In this document: piece by piece, positions 11,780 to 25,825 of the stretch
Position numbering within the stretch: position 1 is the first letter of the stretch
Layout of the letters: the number at the start of each line of letters is the position of its first letter
Assembly: GCA_951406725.2 (NCBI GenBank)
Contig: OX597832.1
Coordinates: forward strand, 1,550,001-1,614,000
Length of the DNA: 64,000 nt
DNA from: Octopus vulgaris
Taxonomy: Eukaryota
Reading direction: 5' to 3'
Notes under the pieces: model-generated
What the model was told of the DNA's origin: nothing
Seen by the model: the letters and a program-made list of their open reading frames with translations, nothing else
The model's database searches: none
Position numbers and translations under genes: made by a program

Positions 11780-14660
11780 TATTTAATTCCATGTCTTAGG
11801 GGGCAGATAGGGTTCCTTAACTGTGAAGAAGACACCCATCTTGGAGAGGGAAACTCTGATATAAAACCAGGTCTTTGGTTGCTGAGGGTCTCCCTAACAG
11901 GGCTGTACTATCAGCAAACTGTGACTCATAGGGTAGACTAGGCTCTCTAACTTGTTTATAGAAGCTTGTCTAAATGAAAACCTTTGAAGAAAATGCCTGA
12001 AGTGTGTTGTTTTGTGGCACATATGTGCACCATATTTTTGCTATCATCACTTCCAAAAAGTGTAGCTGGTTCTACACAAGCCTTCAACACTCAAATCATA
12101 TGTGTGGGTTTTCTGACAACTTATATTTTATTCATTCAATACAGCACAGCTTCAACTAGCAAAAATCAAAAAGTCCTCTGGCAATAGAGTGATAGCAGCA
12201 GGGACAGGTAAAAGATATCATTGGAAGTCTCTTGCTAGATCTCTACACAGCTGGTGACCATTGGACGATGGCCGTTCCAGCACAGAACTTGTGAGTAACT
12301 GTGCTCCAGTGGTGACAAGGTAGGTCTATTTGGACACAGCCCTAATTTCCCCAACAGGAGAGGGGCGAGAAAAGGAACCCAAACATTGCTTACTCACCTT
12401 AAACTTGGCAGCCAGCTGCAGATGTCTCATTATTCAGTAACGCAGTTGAAATATGAAGAAATCTAAGAATATTAACCTTGGTTTTTGGAATGTGCGCACT
12501 CTCAAGACAGTCACTCAGCACCAGAATGAAAAACAGCACTGATTGTCTTGAGTTAAAGAAATACAACATTGACATAGCTGCACTAAGCGAATCTCATCTT
12601 GCAGGATCATCACAGTTAGAAGAAAGTAAAGGTGGGTACCTATTTTTCTGGTGTTGAAGAAATGAAGACAAACCATGCCACTCTGATGTTGGTTTTGCTA
12701 TCAAAACAGAAATAGCTAGATCCCTTCTTTCTCTATCCAAAGGTATTTCTGATCGCATCATGACACTAACGTTGGAGCTTGATCACAATACTCATGCCAC
12801 GCTTGTCAGTTGCTATGCCCCAACCATGGCCAGCACCGAGCAGGGAAAAGATGAATTTTACAACCAACTCCGTGATGTCATCTCCGGTTGTCACCATAGG
12901 GATAAACTTATCCTTATGGGCGACTTTACCGCTCGTATTGGTACTGACTATCAGGTATGGGAGTGTGTACTTAGTCGCCATGGTGTAGGTAGAATGAGCT
13001 CTATCGGTCTGCATGTGCTCTCCATCTACAGGGAATTCAGCCAAAGCATCACAAATACCTTTTTTTCAACAGCGAAATTGTTACATGACGACCTGGATGC
13101 ATCTTAGATCTTAGGATTGGCATCTCACTAAAAAACGAGATATTAGGGACTTTAACATTACACGTTCCTTTCATAACACCTGCTATGTCTCTGACCATTC
13201 TCTTCTCCGTAGTAAGACTACGTTCCATCTGAAACACACAAGACTACAAAAGTCATCAGTGCCTAAGCGCATTAATGTCCTGCCTTTGAAAACTGTTGAA
13301 AAGCATGTTGAGCTCTCTGTCAAGTTGGACACTGCACTCAACACTGTTGATATCAATGGTGACATAGAATCGTCTTGGAAGGCTTTCCGTGATGCAACGC
13401 ACACTGCACCTGAAGAGGTTCTCCGACTTCCTGTTCCTAAACATCAAGATTGGTTCAACGATAACAGCACAGATGTCCAACAGTTGATAGATAAAATGCA
13501 CAGCTCTCACAAAACATGGATAAATGATAAGAGTTCACCCAGAAAAGAGAATGCCTACCAGAAAAGCAGAGGCCAGGTCCTACGTGCTCTGAGACAGATA
13601 AGGGTTGTCTCTCAAGGTTACTGAACACCAAGAAGCTGCCGATTTCATCATCAAGAGAAGCACTCGAATTCATCAAGGGAAGCACAAGTGGTGGACTGTT
13701 CAATCATCAGTGTTTCAAAGCCAGAACACTGCTACGCATCAGTATCATTCGTGATCTACTTTTTGCAGATGATGCTGCACTAGTAGCGACCTCCTTAGAG
13801 GAAGCTCAGGAACTTCTAGACCGATTTTCTGCTGCATGTAAATCCTTTGGTTTGACCATCAGCATAAAAAAGACAGAAATAATCCACCAACGTTGCCTTA
13901 CTCCTAAGCAAATTTGAGGTGTCAAGCAGAGGCTAGCGGTTCACAGTTGTCCTGACACTTCTATACAGGTTAATGGGAAAAGCCTAAATTATGTGAAGTC
14001 ATTTACATATCTTGGTAGTAAAGTGAATTCGAGTGCTTCCCTTGATGATGAAATCGTCAACCTCTTGCAAAGGTAACCAACACATTTAACAAACTCCGTC
14101 ATTGTCTATGGAATTAAAGAGGCACCAGACTTGACACCAAAGTACAGGTCTATAGACGATACATTAACCAACCAGACATCTTCCACAAAGATTGGTGGAA
14201 TCGAGAGCTTCTTTATCCAATCACAATTGTGCTGGGCTGGTCATGTCGTTAGAATGAGTCACGAAACAATACCCAAAGTTCTCATGTACAGAGAGCTTGA
14301 GAGTGGACACAGGAATGTTGGTCGACCATGGCTCAGATATATAGGCAAGCTGAAGAGTAACCTCTTAGAAATAAAGATAGCTCACAATACCTTTGAGCGA
14401 ACAGCCTAGGAACAAATAAAATGAAGATCGTTCTGTCAAAATGGTATTAAAATCTTTGATGCAACCAGCGTTAACAGGCTTCGGGGTGCAAAACAAAGGA
14501 GAAAAGTGGCTGCAAATATATCACCTGCACTGACCTGTAATTATCATACTTGCAACATCTGTGGCCTTTGCAAATCGCTGGCGGGACTTAAATGTCACAT
14601 TTGACATAAGCGTTATGACTGACAAAGAAAGAGTACGTTGTCGGAGCCTCATACATCAAA
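11780..14660 (+). mobile_element. RTE-clade LINE, internally deleted and decayed
   Basis: AP endonuclease motifs (LGFWNVRTL, IAALSESH, SCYAPT, LMGDF), RT remnant DLLFADDAALV and FTYLGS, WAGHVVRM, terminal CNICGLCKSLAGLKCHI finger. Most of the RT N-terminal half is missing at about 13615-13670. Confidence 0.9.
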
Positions 14661-14813
14661 ACCAATGGGCGATATTTAGAAAGTGAGGATGTAATCATTA
14701 AAATGATTACATTAGTTGCTAGCGTATAAACAATTACCATATCGGTGAAATTGATTTTTAAGTATATAATTATAAAAATATAATTATTATTAAGGGCGTT
14801 GGAATGCCAGCGC

Positions 14814-14818
14814 CTATA

Positions 14819-14895
<77 letters not shown>

Positions 14896-14902
14896 TTATT
14901 AC

Positions 14903-14966
<64 letters not shown>

Positions 14967-15008
14967 GTTGTTGTTGTTGTTGTTGTTATTATTATTATTA
15001 TTATTATT

Positions 15009-15050
<42 letters not shown>
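14814..15050. repeat. Compound microsatellite (ATT)n(GTT)n(ATT)n(AAT)n
   Basis: Seen directly. Confidence 0.95.
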
Positions 15051-15227
15051 ATAGGTTCGGTAATGATCTCAAGTTAAATGCTGCAAATGATAAACAACTT
15101 GAAACAGTACTGTAGATAGTACACAAATTTACCCAAAACAAAATATGAAATTCAGCTTTAAAATGTTCCAGAGCAACCTTGGAGTAAAGAAAATCTATTG
15201 AGAGCTGATTCATATTAGATTATAGAC

Positions 15228-17614
15228 CAGTGGTTCCGAAACCGTGCGCCGCAAGATGTAGTTAGATGCACCTCGAAAAAATAAGATAATATTTCAAAAT
15301 ATGAAAAATACGAACCGAAATTCATTTGAAAGTTCATATATAAATGTCAAAGTGCCAAAAAACTAAATATTAAGTTCTAAACTAAGAATGAGAGGTGGCT
15401 GTATCATTCAATTCATTTGGGCTAATTATGGTATGGCAGTATCATTCAATTTTGAATCTTAAATTTCATAAGGATAAGGACTAAGCATCAATCTATCCTC
15501 GACATTGATGTCTTATGGATATATTCAGTGCATGGCTATGCTTCAGTTTATTTCGGTCGTAATCTCAGCAGTTTTCATTTCAATAATAAGTGTGAAAAAT
15601 AAACTATTGAACTAAAATATATGATGTTGAACTAACTCTTTTAATACGGCTGTATTTTAATTTTTTTCATTCATATAGTGGCAAAATTTTTTTATCTTTT
15701 CAATTAATTTTGAAAGACATCTCAAAAGAGTCCGATAATATGTGACATGCTGTCACTTTTTACAGCTCACTGGTCACATGTCTCAGTCTCAGTTTGACTC
15801 TATTAGTAATATGTGTTCTTTGTGTGATACAATTCATATCAACAGACAAAATCACCCATGAAATGGAAAAGTTTAAGAAGAAACACAACAGTGACGATTA
15901 TGAATCTGAAGCGAACGTTCGTCAAAAGCAACCAAGCGTAGTGATGATAATGCGAAAGCTCGACCCAATCGTAGATATTGCAATAGCTATTTAAAGTTTG
16001 GGTTTCATAGGACTGGCAACGTGGATCAACCTCTTCCACTGTATGTTATTTGTGGTGAAAAGATGTCTAACGAAGGCATGTTGCCTAGCAAGTTGAAAAA
16101 ACATTTTATAACTAAACACTCACATTTTCAATGTAAGGATCTGAATTATTTCCAAAGACTGCTAGAACAGTCCTTGAAAAAAGGTCGAATGCTTCTGATA
16201 AGGCTCAAGTCACGTTTATTGATATAGCCGAAATGATTGCACTACAAACGAAATCGCATACTTTAGCCAAGTCGATTATCTTGCCTGCTTGTAGAAATAT
16301 GGTTAAGATCATGTTAGGTGATGAAGTCGAGCAAGAAATAAACAAGATTCTGCTCTCAAAAATACAATCCATAGGAGAATTATGGATTTATCTGCTAATA
16401 TAGATGGAAATGTACAGAACAAACTTCAGAGCTCAGGATTTGTTCTACAGGTTGACGAATTAACTGGTATTAGCAACAAAGCACAATTACTTACATTTAT
16501 TCGCTTTATTGGTGGTAACCAAATCATAAATCAGTTCTTTTGTTGCGAAGAAATGCCACTCACTACAAGAGGTCAAGATATTTTAGACACTTTATCTGCC
16601 TACCTCAAAAAATGGAATTTATCTTAGAATTCATGTGTTGGAATATGTACCAACGGGGCACCATCTATGATAGGCTCTATTAAAGGTTATGTATCGCTCA
16701 TACAACAGCAAAATCCTAATATTATACGTACTCATTGCTTCCTACATAGGGAGGTGCTAGTTTCAAAAACAATACCAGTAGAGAAAGTATTAAACCCAAG
16801 TTGTTGAAATGGTTAATTATATTAAAATTAGGCCGTTGAAGTGTCACTTATTTGAACAAATTTGTGTTGATATGGATTCTCATCATAGGCGCTTAGTCAC
16901 AAAAGTTACATGGCCCCAAAATGTAAGGTGCTACGTCGCATACATGAACTCCAGAAGGAATTGTTTGTTTTTAATTAAAGAAGAAAAACGTTGAACGCTT
17001 CTTGGAATATCTACAGTGTGAATTTTGGGTTTCCAAGCTGGAATATTTAACAGAGATATTTGCACAACTTAATAGCGTCAACACAAGTGTACAAGGCGGA
17101 AATGAAAACATACTCACTTCGACAGATAAGTTGGTTTCATTTAAGAATAAAGTTGTAATTTGGAAAATAGAGCTGAAGGTGGTAACTTCGTAATGCTTCC
17201 CTTAATACGTAAAGGCTGCATAAAAGAAGTGACTCATATTGTATTTGAACAATTGACAAATCTGGAAGAAAAAAATAGACTTTTATTTTCCGTCATTGAA
17301 CACAGAAGAGTATGTTTGGGTTTGAAATCCCTTCATAAAAATTCCATCGAATATTGATTTGTGAATATGTGAAGAAGAGGAATTGGTATCTGTATCCAGT
17401 GATCGCGGACTTAAAATCAAGAATGCTGAGTTACCAATTGATACAGTTTGGATTGCTATTATAGGAGGATACCCCCAGTAGCAAAAGAAAAACTTTATCC
17501 GTTTTGATGCAGTTTTCCATATCGTATTTATGAGAATTTGGGATTTTCAAATAACATCAAATCCAAAGAGAGAGAGATAGAGTGAAAGAGAGAGAGAGAG
17601 AGGGAGAGAGAGAA

Positions 17615-17689
<75 letters not shown>

Positions 17690-17987
17690 GCTCAGTTGCA
17701 TCGAAGAAGAAATGAGGCTTTGTCTTTCTCAAATACGTCCCAGTATTGAAAACGTTTCCCAAAAAACATTTTTCAGTGATAACTTTGCTTCATATATTGA
17801 ATAAAGAGTAAGTACAAGCAATTTTTCTGTATTTGTAATTATCTGTATATTACTTTATAGTTTATGCTATTCTAATATGTATAAAACCCGTTTTGAATAA
17901 ATTTTAGAATTTGTATACAAAGTGCGCCAAAATATTTTGACTTCTTGTAAGGTGCGCCTGAATAAAAAAGAAGTTTGGGAACCACTG
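15228..17987 (+). mobile_element. Full-length decayed hAT transposon, Buster/Charlie (ZBED5/SCAND3-like transposase)
   Basis: TIRs CAGTGGTTCCGAAACC and CAGTGGTTCCCAAACT. TSD GATTAGAC on the right versus GATTATAGAC on the left. BED-like VICGEKMSNEGMLPSKLKKH..KH, LQVDELTG, CTNGAPSM, HCFLHREVL, SYL*EFGFS. Many stops; (AG)n at 17567-17685. Confidence 0.92.
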
Positions 17988-18049
17988 GATTAGACCATAC
18001 GCAGATATGCAAATACTTAAACAGCAGTGAAAAATTCATTGAGAACACT

Positions 18050-19005
18050 ATCAAATTAAATTAGATCAAACACAGATATGCAAATATTTAAGCATCAATG
18101 AACCAGACGGTGTACAACACACACGGATCATAGGAAGTATTATTATAGATGAATCAGACTATTATTTAAGCAAAACTAAATGCAGGCAAAATATAGAACA
18201 GAGGCTGCAATACTGTGAAGTAAATAGAGAAATAATAGAAATAGGGAAACAGCTAACATCTAAAATAAAATTTGGGCGACAGAATAACATGATAAAACAA
18301 TTACAAGAAAAACCTCCCTATGGCCATTAGTGGAAAAATCTGAAAAGAGTGGAAATAAAAAATCCTAGCTTTTGTTGAGAAACGCAGAAATTGAAGGTTT
18401 CTTTATTGCGGCACAGGGTCAAAGTCTACTAGAAACCATCAAAGGCATAAAATGAAGCAGAATGCAGTAAGTATTTGCAGAATGTATGAAGATGCGGGAG
18501 AAACAATTAACCACATTATCTCTGCCGGCCCAGTTTTAGGCAAGAAACATACACCTACAAACATGATAAAAGTTCCGAGTTACATTCTGGAAGTTATGCC
18601 AGCATTCTGAAATGCTAAGAGAAAAGTGATGGTATGGACAAACATCAGAAAAAGGTTCTGAGAATAGGAAAGTAATCATACATTGGGTATGCCAAAATAT
18701 ACAAATACGAAGATCAAAGTTAACCGACCAGATACTTTGTGAAGGACGTAATAGCCTCAATAGAAGATAATATATCCCTTAAAGAGATATATTAATCAAA
18801 ATATAAAGATCTGAAATTTAAAATCAACCGAATGAGGGGGTTGAAAACAGCAACACTCCCTATAGTCATAAGTGCTTTGAGAATCCAAAACATGCAGACG
18901 AATACATAAACATAACTCAGGATTTGCAAATATGTATGACATGCACAAAGTTACTTTAAAAAACAATCCAGTGTGCTTTTGCTGGTTTAAACAAATCTTA
19001 TGCAA
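18050..19005 (+). mobile_element. R4/Dong-like RLE LINE 3' fragment
   Basis: EIEGFFIAAQGQSL, CRMYEDAGETINHIISAGPVL, HDK..WKLCQH, KYKDL remnants. Confidence 0.7.
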
Positions 19006-19839
19006 CAAAACTTCAGTTTTTTTCTTTAGATGATTCTTCAGTTGAGAATTTACTTCGACTGAGGCAAAGTATCTCCCACAGGCGACATAAGATTTTAAAC
19101 CACAGTCCAGGTCTCAGACATTTTAAAATCTGGACCTACGTCGCCCGCCCCATTCTCCTTGGCTATAATGATACACACTTACATGATTTTTTTCTTAGTG
19201 TCTTCTTGCACATATTCTGATATGTTAAGGTAGACTGTCCTGCTATTCTTTGATAAGTGCATCTTAGCGTCGCTCAACATTTTTTTCTGTAAATTTGACT
19301 TGCTCATTTTCCTACATGCTTGTGCGAAACCATTTCTGTTTAGAAAAACAGAACTACAGCTGTTGTTTTATTAATGTTTGCGGTGGTGCGTTTGTGTTGG
19401 GGACGAAGGAGGAGGAGGTCGTGTTTGCATCATTGTTAAATAGATCCTGCTCGTCGCTGCTGCTGCTTATTTTGCTGTTGCTGCTGGTGGTGTTGTTGTT
19501 GTTGTTAAGCAACAAGCCGGGTGAGGGTGATTAGGTGATGGTCTAGGGCTTAGGGGCGGGAGACCCCAGACCTAGGAAAAAAACAACTTTGGTCGTCTTG
19601 TTGTAGTCGAGGGCTCTTCGTTGATACCCGACACCACTTGGAGGTGTTCCTCGGAGTTGCTGGAAATGGAGATCTCCAGGTCCAAATTCTTGAACGGCTG
19701 CTGTTGCTGCTGTTGTCAGTTCTTCATTTTTCGATCACATCGACTAGTGGGTGGGAAAGCAATGTGATAGCAGCTATTCCAACAGGCCATTGCTTCCTTC
19801 GATAAGGAAAGCCATATTGACATTTTTTTGTTTTAAAAT

Positions 19840-22800
19840 ATTAAGAAATTCAGAGAAACATAATATAATAAAACAGGAACAGAAGGCGCGTGAAACAGCA
19901 ATAGCAGAAAGCAGCAATGAAAGGGTAAGACATGAAGAATATGAAAAACATAAAAAGATGGAAATCGCAGAATATCAGAGAATGCTGATAAAGTAACAAG
20001 TGAATACGATCTAGTTGGACAAGTGACAGTAAGTGCTGCACAAAACTTGAAAGATGAAGAAAAGGAGATTTTAGAAAAATTGCGAGGTAAAATATCTTAT
20101 TGGAATAATGAAGTACTACCAAATGTAAGATATATGACCAGAGAAAAAGTGAGGCGAGTCACAGGAAAAGTAAATGTTTTAAGCTTGATTAAAACAGAAA
20201 ACATCAGTGAAACAAACCAGCTAATCATAGCTACTAATGTCGTCGCTAACATAGACTACATGTGCAAAACTGATGATATAAAAGGAAATGATAAGAAAGA
20301 ACCAAACTGGAGGAAGAAAATACGAATAAGGCTGGAAAAGACACTGAAAGAACTGGGATAATGAGTGGAGAATTCAAGAACAAGGTAGTACTCATAAAAC
20401 TGAATGGACTTAGAAGGGGAAAAACAAACAGTACATGAAGAATTGACTGCATTAAAGGCCAAATTGAAAAGATATGGTGCTAGATTAAAATGTTTCGAAC
20501 AGAATAGACTGTCCCAGTTAAACAAAATGCGTCTTTTTGAGGAAATAGAGGGAAGCCAACATCAAGAACTGATTCAAGATGCAGAAGAAAAAGAATTGGG
20601 GGGGGGGGGGCTGTAGAACAGGTCGGCGAGACATAAAAGAAAGTGATGAGTGGCTAACAAAGGTAGAAAGATAACTTGCAGCAGTACCAAGGCAAAAGAA
20701 CGTCAGAATTAATCTATATATAGTGAGACAAAAGTTTTTTAAAATAGCAAATTGGAAAGAACCAAGCCCGGATGGAGTACAAGACTATTGGCTGAAGAAC
20801 TTTACACAGTTGCATGAAAGGATCGCTGCGCAACTGGTTGACTTCTTGTAGCACGGTCTCGTCCCTGCCTGGGTAACAAGTAGATGAACGCTGCTATGCC
20901 TCAAAGATCCATTGAAAGGGAACTTGGCATCAAATTTTCGACCTAAAACCAGTTTACTACAAATGTGGAAGCTCATGACCGGTGTCTTGACGGAAGAGTT
21001 ATACAACCATTTGGAAAGTAACAATATCGCTCCAGAAGAACAGACAGGATTCAGGAAACAAAGTAGGGCAACAAGAGATCACTTGTTAGTTGATAGAATG
21101 TATTAGAAATTGTAGACACAGATTGATAGAACTTAATGTAGCATGGCTATATTACAAAAAACATATGACAAAGTACCACACAGTTGGATAAATAAAACAA
21201 TGATGAAAGTATGAAACATTAGAATACTAAATCGATCGGAGGAAAACAAAGACTCGGAAAAGAGGGCATAAGACATGGAATATTCCAAGGTGATAGCTTA
21301 TCCCTATTACTGTTCGTATTGACTATGATACCACTCACTATGATACTACGAGACGTTAAAATTGCTTACGATTTAGGAGAAATGGTCAGATAAATCATTT
21401 TCTTTTCATGAAAAAATGAGAAAACAGCTTGAAAGTCTTGTACACAGTATCCGCCTTTTCTCAAATGACGAAGGAATGGAATTATGGATACAAAAGTGCG
21501 CTATTTTGAAAATGAAACGAGGAAGATTTGAAAGAAGCCAGGGAACTGATATGTCGAATAGGCAAACAATGAGAGCAGTTGAGAAAGGACAGTGATGTAA
21601 GTACTTGGGAATACTGGAAGCAGACGAAATAAAAAATGAAGAAATGAAACAAAATACCAGTAGGTAGTACACAAGAAGAGTGAGAAAATTATTGCCGTCA
21701 AGGCTGAATTCAAAAAATCTTATCGAAGCAATAAGTTCAAGAGCAGCACCCTTAATCAGATATTGAGTTGGAATCGTGGACTGGACCAAAACCGATTTTA
21801 AAAAAGCTGACAGAAAAACTAGAAAATTGTTGACAATATATGGAGCCCACCATCAACCGACTGTACTTAAGGAGAGATCAGGGTGGAAGAGGCCTAAAAA
21901 CAGTAGAAAAATGTGTACAGATAGAAAGAAAGTGACCAGTAGAGTATTTACAGAACAGCACAGAAAAACTACTAAAGACAGTGAATAAAGAACAGGTGAT
22001 CAAGCGTGTAATAGGAGAAAAGGACAAGTGTGAAATTCAAAGAGCGCACATCAGACAGACCGAAGGGAAAATTTAGATGGCTAATATTCTTTTCTACTCT
22101 AGGCACAAAGCTCGATATTTTGGGGAGGGGACCAGCCGATTAGATCGACCCCAGTACGCAACTGGTACTTAATTTATCGACCCCGAAAGAATGAAAGGCA
22201 AAGTCGACCTCGGCGGAATTTGAACTCAGAACGTAAAAACAGCCGAAATACCACTAAGCATTTCGCTTGGCGTGCTAACGTTTCTGGCAGCTCGCCGCCT
22301 TTTTACATGGCTAAAGTTAGAAAGCCACTGAGAATGTATGTGGGGTTGGTTAAAAAAGGACAATTAAAAAAAGAAACAGAGAGCCTAATTGTAGCAGCCT
22401 AAGATCGAGCGATAAAAATAGACAGCTTGATAAAAAATATATATGGAGAGAATGCGTCAGGAAAATGTAGAGCCTGTAGAATTTGGAACGTGAAAGTGGC
22501 ACACATTGTGACAGAATGCCCCAAGTTGGCACAGAAAGAATATAAGAAATGGAGGCACGACCAGATTGTAAAAGTTTTACACTGGAAACTTTTACTAGAA
22601 ATGGAGATTAATCGACCTATCATACCCGTTTGATTCCAGGATTGTAACGAAAAAGGATGAAAAACATACAATCCCTTAAAATTTGAAATAAGAAGAATGT
22701 GGAGTATGAAAACTGTAAATGTCGTGCCTATAGGTAATTGGTGCGTTAGCAAAGATATAGGCAAACGGCTGAAAGAGATTAAATAGAATACCCCGTAGAG

Positions 22801-22972
22801 CTCCAACAGAAAGTTTGTCTCTTAGGGACAGCAAGGGTTATCAGGAGGGTTCTAAGCACTTGAAAGACTGCTGAAAACTTGTGGATACCTAAAGTTACAA
22901 GTAGTAACCCGCTACCCGCATAAATCCTGCCAGGAATTAAACCGAACCTGAGTCAAACCAAAATAATAATAT
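19840..22972 (+). mobile_element. R4/Dong-like RLE LINE, long decayed copy with (TAA)n tail
   Basis: WKxPSPDGVQDYWLKNF, SNFRP, EEQTGFRK, GIFQGDSLSLLLF, KYLGILE, ETESLIVAA, CRAC..HIVTECPKLAQKEYKKWRHD, LQKVCLLGTARVIRRVL, then AATAATAAT. Confidence 0.88.
22085..22301 (-). mobile_element. SINE family B (Meta/MESC-like domain) inserted in the R4 element
   Basis: Minus strand: GGCGGCGAGCTG..GAGTTCAAATTCC..GGTCGACTTTGCCTTTCATTCTTTCGGGGTCGATAAATTAAGTACCAG. 13-bp TSD TTTAG/CATGGCTAA at 22072-22084 and 22302-22314. Confidence 0.9.
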
Positions 22973-23370
22973 TAATTTCATTTATTTGCCATCAGCTAGA
23001 AAGATGAGGGTGACAGTACATGTAATGAAACGATAAAATGAATAAATAACAAAAAAAAAAAGAGTTAGTATACATGGTATTACAATGAAAAGGAAGGGAA
23101 ATATATACATAGTATACAAAGGTTAAAATAAGATGGGTTTGATAAAGAGGTAATCCTCCAGATACAGGATGATCTCTTGCGATAATCGAGGAACCCCACT
23201 ATCTAACATTTCCCTGAACACCAAAGGCAAAAGCCCTTTCCAATTCCATTTCTTCGACTCACAAGTCTACATTTAGAGAGATACTATCCACTCTTGCCAT
23301 TTTCGCAACTTCCACTCACCTTTCAATAAACTTACTCGAGGACAGCATTTCCCCTCCTCCCTCAAATTAT
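22973..23370 (-). mobile_element. Tx1/L1-like LINE 3' fragment
   Basis: Reverse-complement similarity to 25420-25790; tail merges with the (ATT)n. Confidence 0.7.
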
Positions 23371-23384
23371 AATAATTATGAAAA

Positions 23385-23449
23385 CAATTATGATAATGTT
23401 GATGATGATGATGATGATGATGATGATAATAATAATAATAATAATAATA

Positions 23450-23501
<52 letters not shown>

Positions 23502-23580
23502 CGATGAAGACGATGATAATAATAACTACAACAATAATAATAGTAATATTAATAAAATAATAATGATAATAATAATATTA
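23385..23580. repeat. (GAT)n/(AAT)n compound microsatellite
   Basis: Seen directly. Confidence 0.95.
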
Positions 23581-23583
23581 ATT

Positions 23584-23797
23584 GTTTCAAATTTTATCAC
23601 AAGAGCAGTCATTTTGGGGGAGGGGATAATTCGATTACATCGAGTCCAGTGTTTCACTAGTACTTATCTTATCGACCCCGAAAGGATGAAAGGCAAAATC
23701 GACCTCGGCGGAATTTGAACTCAGAACGTAACGACTGGTGAAACACCGTTAAACATCTTGCCCGGTTTACAAACGATTCTGACAGCTCACCGCCTTC
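23584..23797 (-). mobile_element. SINE family B
   Basis: Same B-box and TTTGCCTTTCATCCTTTCGGGGTCGATAAG core as 22085-22301. Confidence 0.88.
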
Positions 23798-23802
23798 ATA
23801 AT

Positions 23803-25825
23803 AGTGGCGCTTGTCGTTGGTAGTCTGGTTGGGGAGGTACAAAAGTGCACAATACCGAACCTCCACCTTATACGACACCTCGTACAAAAGAGCTGGGACT
23901 AAGGCTAGCTTCGGTGGGGCCCTGGTCAATTTAGATCGGTCGAAAGCTTTCGATAGCGTCGTCCATCGCTACTTGGAGGCCAACCTTAAAGCGGCCGGTT
24001 TCTAACTCGTTTTCAGAGGCTGGATTTCTGCAATGCACAGCGGCACCTTCTTGATGGTCTAAATAAATGGCCATCTATCGGAACCATTTAGTATCACACA
24101 TTCGGTCTGTCAGGGCTGCCCGCTGTCACCTCTTCTTTATGTGCTGTATATCGAGCCACTGCTGTGGAAGTTGGAAGGCCTCCCCTTTTGAAATTGGACT
24201 CGGGAGGGCAATGTCTGCATATGCGGACAACGTCACCGTCATAGTGTCGGACGCCTCCGAAGTGGAAACGGTCGGCTCTATTGTAAAGGAATATAAGTCG
24301 GTTGCAGGGGTTAAAATCAATGGCGACAAGTCGGTAGGATTGCGTCTGGGTACCTGGAGAAGCAGACTAATGCCGTCGGACGCTGGAATGACGGGCCAGT
24401 TAAACTGTTCGGGGTCTGGTTTCGTCCTGACCTCCAGGTGGATAAGAATTGGGAAAAGGTGATGAACAGGGTGACCTGTCTTATCCAGAAGTGGGCAGGC
24501 AGAGGAAATTGGCCATGAAAGGTCGGGCAGAGGTGGTGAATGTCTACACTCCTCTGTCATTATTTATCGTCAGACCGTCATGCCTTGCCCCAGTTATTGC
24601 TTGATTAGATTAGAGTGTATCCTGTTTATTTATTGTGGAAGGGGGGCTTTCCAATGCTCAAGCGGTCAGTCTGCTGCCAACTCCCTCTGCATGGCGGCTT
24701 AGGCATACCATGGCTTTTAATGCGCAGACACACACTCATGTTGCGCCACCTTCAACGACTTCTAGGTGAACGTGTGGGGGTTCCGTTTGTGAGACACGCC
24801 TTTCCACAGCTCGTCTCCTTGATGGAGTTGCAGTCCTGGGTAAAAGATAGGCCGAAACAGTGTGCCTGGCACTTAGAATGTCGGAAGGCGCTCGCTGTCC
24901 TCTACAAGTCAGGCAATAGGATCGGTGGATGTTCCACTTTAGCTATATACAGAGGATTAGTAGCGGAGAAGTACGACGATGTCCTCGGGGAGACCCTAGG
25001 CGTCGACGAAGACTAACTGACAAGTCTATTCCGGAGGACTTTCCGGCTGGGGACTACAATGCATAATTTCCAGATGCCTTTGGTCTGGCATTGCTTCCGG
25101 GGTGCGATACCGGTTCGAGATAAACTCTACAAGCACGAATGTGCTGTCAGACGGACTTGTCCGAGGTGCAGAGCGACGAAACCGTTCTGCATGCTCTTGT
25201 TCAGTGTCCAGCGAATAGCTACTGTTGCGAGTGCATAATGATGATTGCCACGCCGCCCTCCTTTAATCAGGCTGGCAAGGCAGTTTTCTTTTGTCTGGTG
25301 GCTGTGGTGAAAGAGCTTGTATGGTGGACGAGGTTGAAAGGAATGAGGACAAAAACATTGAGCTTTGGTAAAGCTATTATCAACTTTTTCAAGTTTCAAT
25401 TGAAAAGTAAAGTGAAGGTGGAGAGGAAAGTGCTGTCCTCGAGTGAATTTATGAAAAGGAAAGTGAAAGTTGCGAAAATGGCAAGAGTGGAGGGTACCAC
25501 TCTCAGTGTAGACCCGTGAGTCAGAAGAAAGGAGTTGTCCTTGGTATTCAGGGTGATGTTGGATGGTGGGGTTCCTTGATTACCCCTGGAGTACCTCCTG
25601 TATCAGGGGACCCCACCACTATCACTTTTTCCTCTGTTTCTAGTGTCGTATACTTCCCTTCTTCTAATGCATATAGTGTACACTTTTTATTTTTTCACTC
25701 GATTATCTGTACACCCCACACTTTATGTGTGTCTTTGTATTGTCCCCCCCATCCTTTACCCTGGTGGCAAATAAAAGCAAATAAAAGAAATCATTATTAT
25801 TATCACCATCATCATCATCATCATT
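23803..25825 (+). mobile_element. Tx1/L1-like LINE, 5'-truncated and decayed
   Basis: LDRSKAFDSV, QGCPLSP, SAYADNV, HGGLGIP, DETVLHALVQCP. Paralogous to 28900-31000. Ends in AATAAA plus (TAT)/(CAT)n. Confidence 0.88.
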
